Positions 27,437 through 28,523 of a stretch of DNA of 28,523 bases are shown here, piece after piece; position 1 is the first letter of the stretch; every line of letters begins with the position of its first letter. Origin of the DNA: Meiothermus sp. (GTDB taxonomy: Bacteria > Deinococcota > Deinococci > Deinococcales > Thermaceae); assembly GCA_033762915.1 (NCBI GenBank), contig JANRLD010000012.1, positions 1-28,523 on the forward strand, read 5' to 3'. Both the position numbers and the translations under genes were made by a program. The notes under the pieces were generated by a model. The model saw only the letters and a list, made by a program, of their open reading frames with translations, had not been told where the DNA came from and searched no databases.

Positions 27437-28135
27437 TTAGATCCCTTGCCCCGCCGTCAACAGGCTCAGGAGCGCCACCGGGGCGGTTTCGGCGCGGAGG
27501 ATGCGGGGGCCGAGGGTTACGGCGCGGAAGCCCCTGGCCTCGAGTGCTTCAACCTCGGCGTCCGCTAGGCCACCCTCGGGGCCGGTGAGAATGGCGCAGG
27601 GCAGGTCGGGGCTGTAGAGGTCGCCGACCTTGGCGGCAACCCTGGGCTGGGCCACCAGACCTTGCTCGACGCCGGGAATCAGCTTAAGGGGCAGCACCGG
27701 GCGAACTTCCGGCACCACGTTGCGCCCGCACTGCTTGGCGGCCTCGAGGGCCACCCGGCGCAGGCGCTCGAGCTTGCCCTCACCCAGCTCGCGCACCACG
27801 CAGTGCTGGGTCAAGGTGGGAACGACCGCAGCCACCCCAAGCTCGGTCGCGGCCCGCACTACTTCGGCCATGTGGTCGCCCTTGAGGAGGGCCAGGTAGA
27901 GCGTGACCGGCTGCGGCGGCTCCCTGGAGGCGGCCCGGGTCTCCCCCACCTGCAGCCGCACCGTCAGCCCGTCCACCGCCGTCACCACGGCGCTGCCCTC
28001 AAGGCCCCTCCCGTCGAACACCGTCAGCCTGTCCCCTACCCTGGCCCGCAGTACCTCAGCAAGGTGCCGCCCCTCCCGCCCGAGGAGTTCTATCTCGGGC
28101 AGAATTGCGGCGACGAAGGCGCGGTGGGGGCGCAT
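27437..28135 (-). CDS. rsmE: 16S rRNA m3U1498 methyltransferase
   Basis: HLAEVLR, ATELGV, EAAKQCGR, GPEGG and LGPRILRAETA motifs. Confidence 0.95.
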   Translation of the reverse strand: MRPHRAFVAAILPEIELLGREGRHLAEVLRARVGDRLTVFDGRGLEGSAVVTAVDGLTVRLQVGETRAASREPPQPVTLYLALLKGDHMAEVVRAATELGVAAVVPTLTQHCVVRELGEGKLERLRRVALEAAKQCGRNVVPEVRPVLPLKLIPGVEQGLVAQPRVAAKVGDLYSPDLPCAILTGPEGGLADAEVEALEARGFRAVTLGPRILRAETAPVALLSLLTAGQGI

Positions 28136-28197
28136 AGCATTCAGAGCAAACAGGGAAGGAAAAGCGGTTGCCTCTACTCCCCCTCCCCTCTTCCCTC

Positions 28198-28523
28198 TCA
28201 GTATCCGGTCGTCTTCTTCCCCTGTACGAGCTGTACGCCGCTCGAGGTGCCCAGGCGGGTCGCGCCTGCCTCGATCATGGCGAGGGCGGTTTCCCGGTCA
28301 CGCACTCCCCCGGCAGCCTTGATCTGGGCCTTTCCTGCCGCGACTTTGCCCAGAAGTTGCACGTCCTCGAGGCTAGCCCCGCGCGGGCCGAAGCCGGTGG
28401 AGGTCTTGAGGAAGTCGGCCCCGCCCGCCAGAGCGGCCTTGGCGGCGGCCCTGATCTCGGCGGCGTCGAGGTAGCCGGTCTCCAGAATCACCTTGAGTAC
28501 TGCGCTCGGCACTGCCGAGCGCA
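28198..28523 (-). CDS. deoC: Deoxyribose-phosphate aldolase, 3' part (runs off the window)
   Basis: LKVILETGYL, ADFLKTSTGF, IKAAGGVR and GATRLGTS motifs. Confidence 0.95.
   Translation of the reverse strand, partial: RSAVPSAVLKVILETGYLDAAEIRAAAKAALAGGADFLKTSTGFGPRGASLEDVQLLGKVAAGKAQIKAAGGVRDRETALAMIEAGATRLGTSSGVQLVQGKKTTGY

Overview
GC-rich chromosomal window, most likely from a Meiothermus/Calidithermus-type member of Deinococcota. Supporting signs are a clear Thermus FadR orthologue, many leaderless genes with a TANNNT box 5-7 nt before the start codon, and strong CTCGAG over-representation. The left edge is an island junction: the 5' half of a tRNA-Arg(UCU) cut at the anticodon loop, a frameshifted tyrosine-integrase fragment, and an AT-richer secreted beta-helix gene. 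Next come an SDR, a DUF1385 gene, a thiolase and a convergent catabolic cluster (PHP hydrolase, Gfo/Idh/MocA dehydrogenase, IolE-like protein, GDPD, ABC transporter, amidohydrolase). These are followed by a divergent Rrf2/sulfurtransferase pair, a YgjP/SprT-like metalloprotease, glcDEF, and a three-gene Rab-like GTPase module. The window ends with Uma2, a DUF4388 pseudo-receiver protein, fadR, rsmE and partial deoC. The most interesting candidates are: (1) the Rab-like GTPase with a membrane-anchored longin/roadblock-like partner and a coiled-coil protein; (2) a beta-clamp-binding-like motif (QADLF) in a disordered loop of the SprT-like protease; (3) a dispersed repeat family with conserved ends and exchangeable internal hairpins; (4) a tRNA 5'-half att site. 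All calls come from reading motifs by eye; no searches were run.
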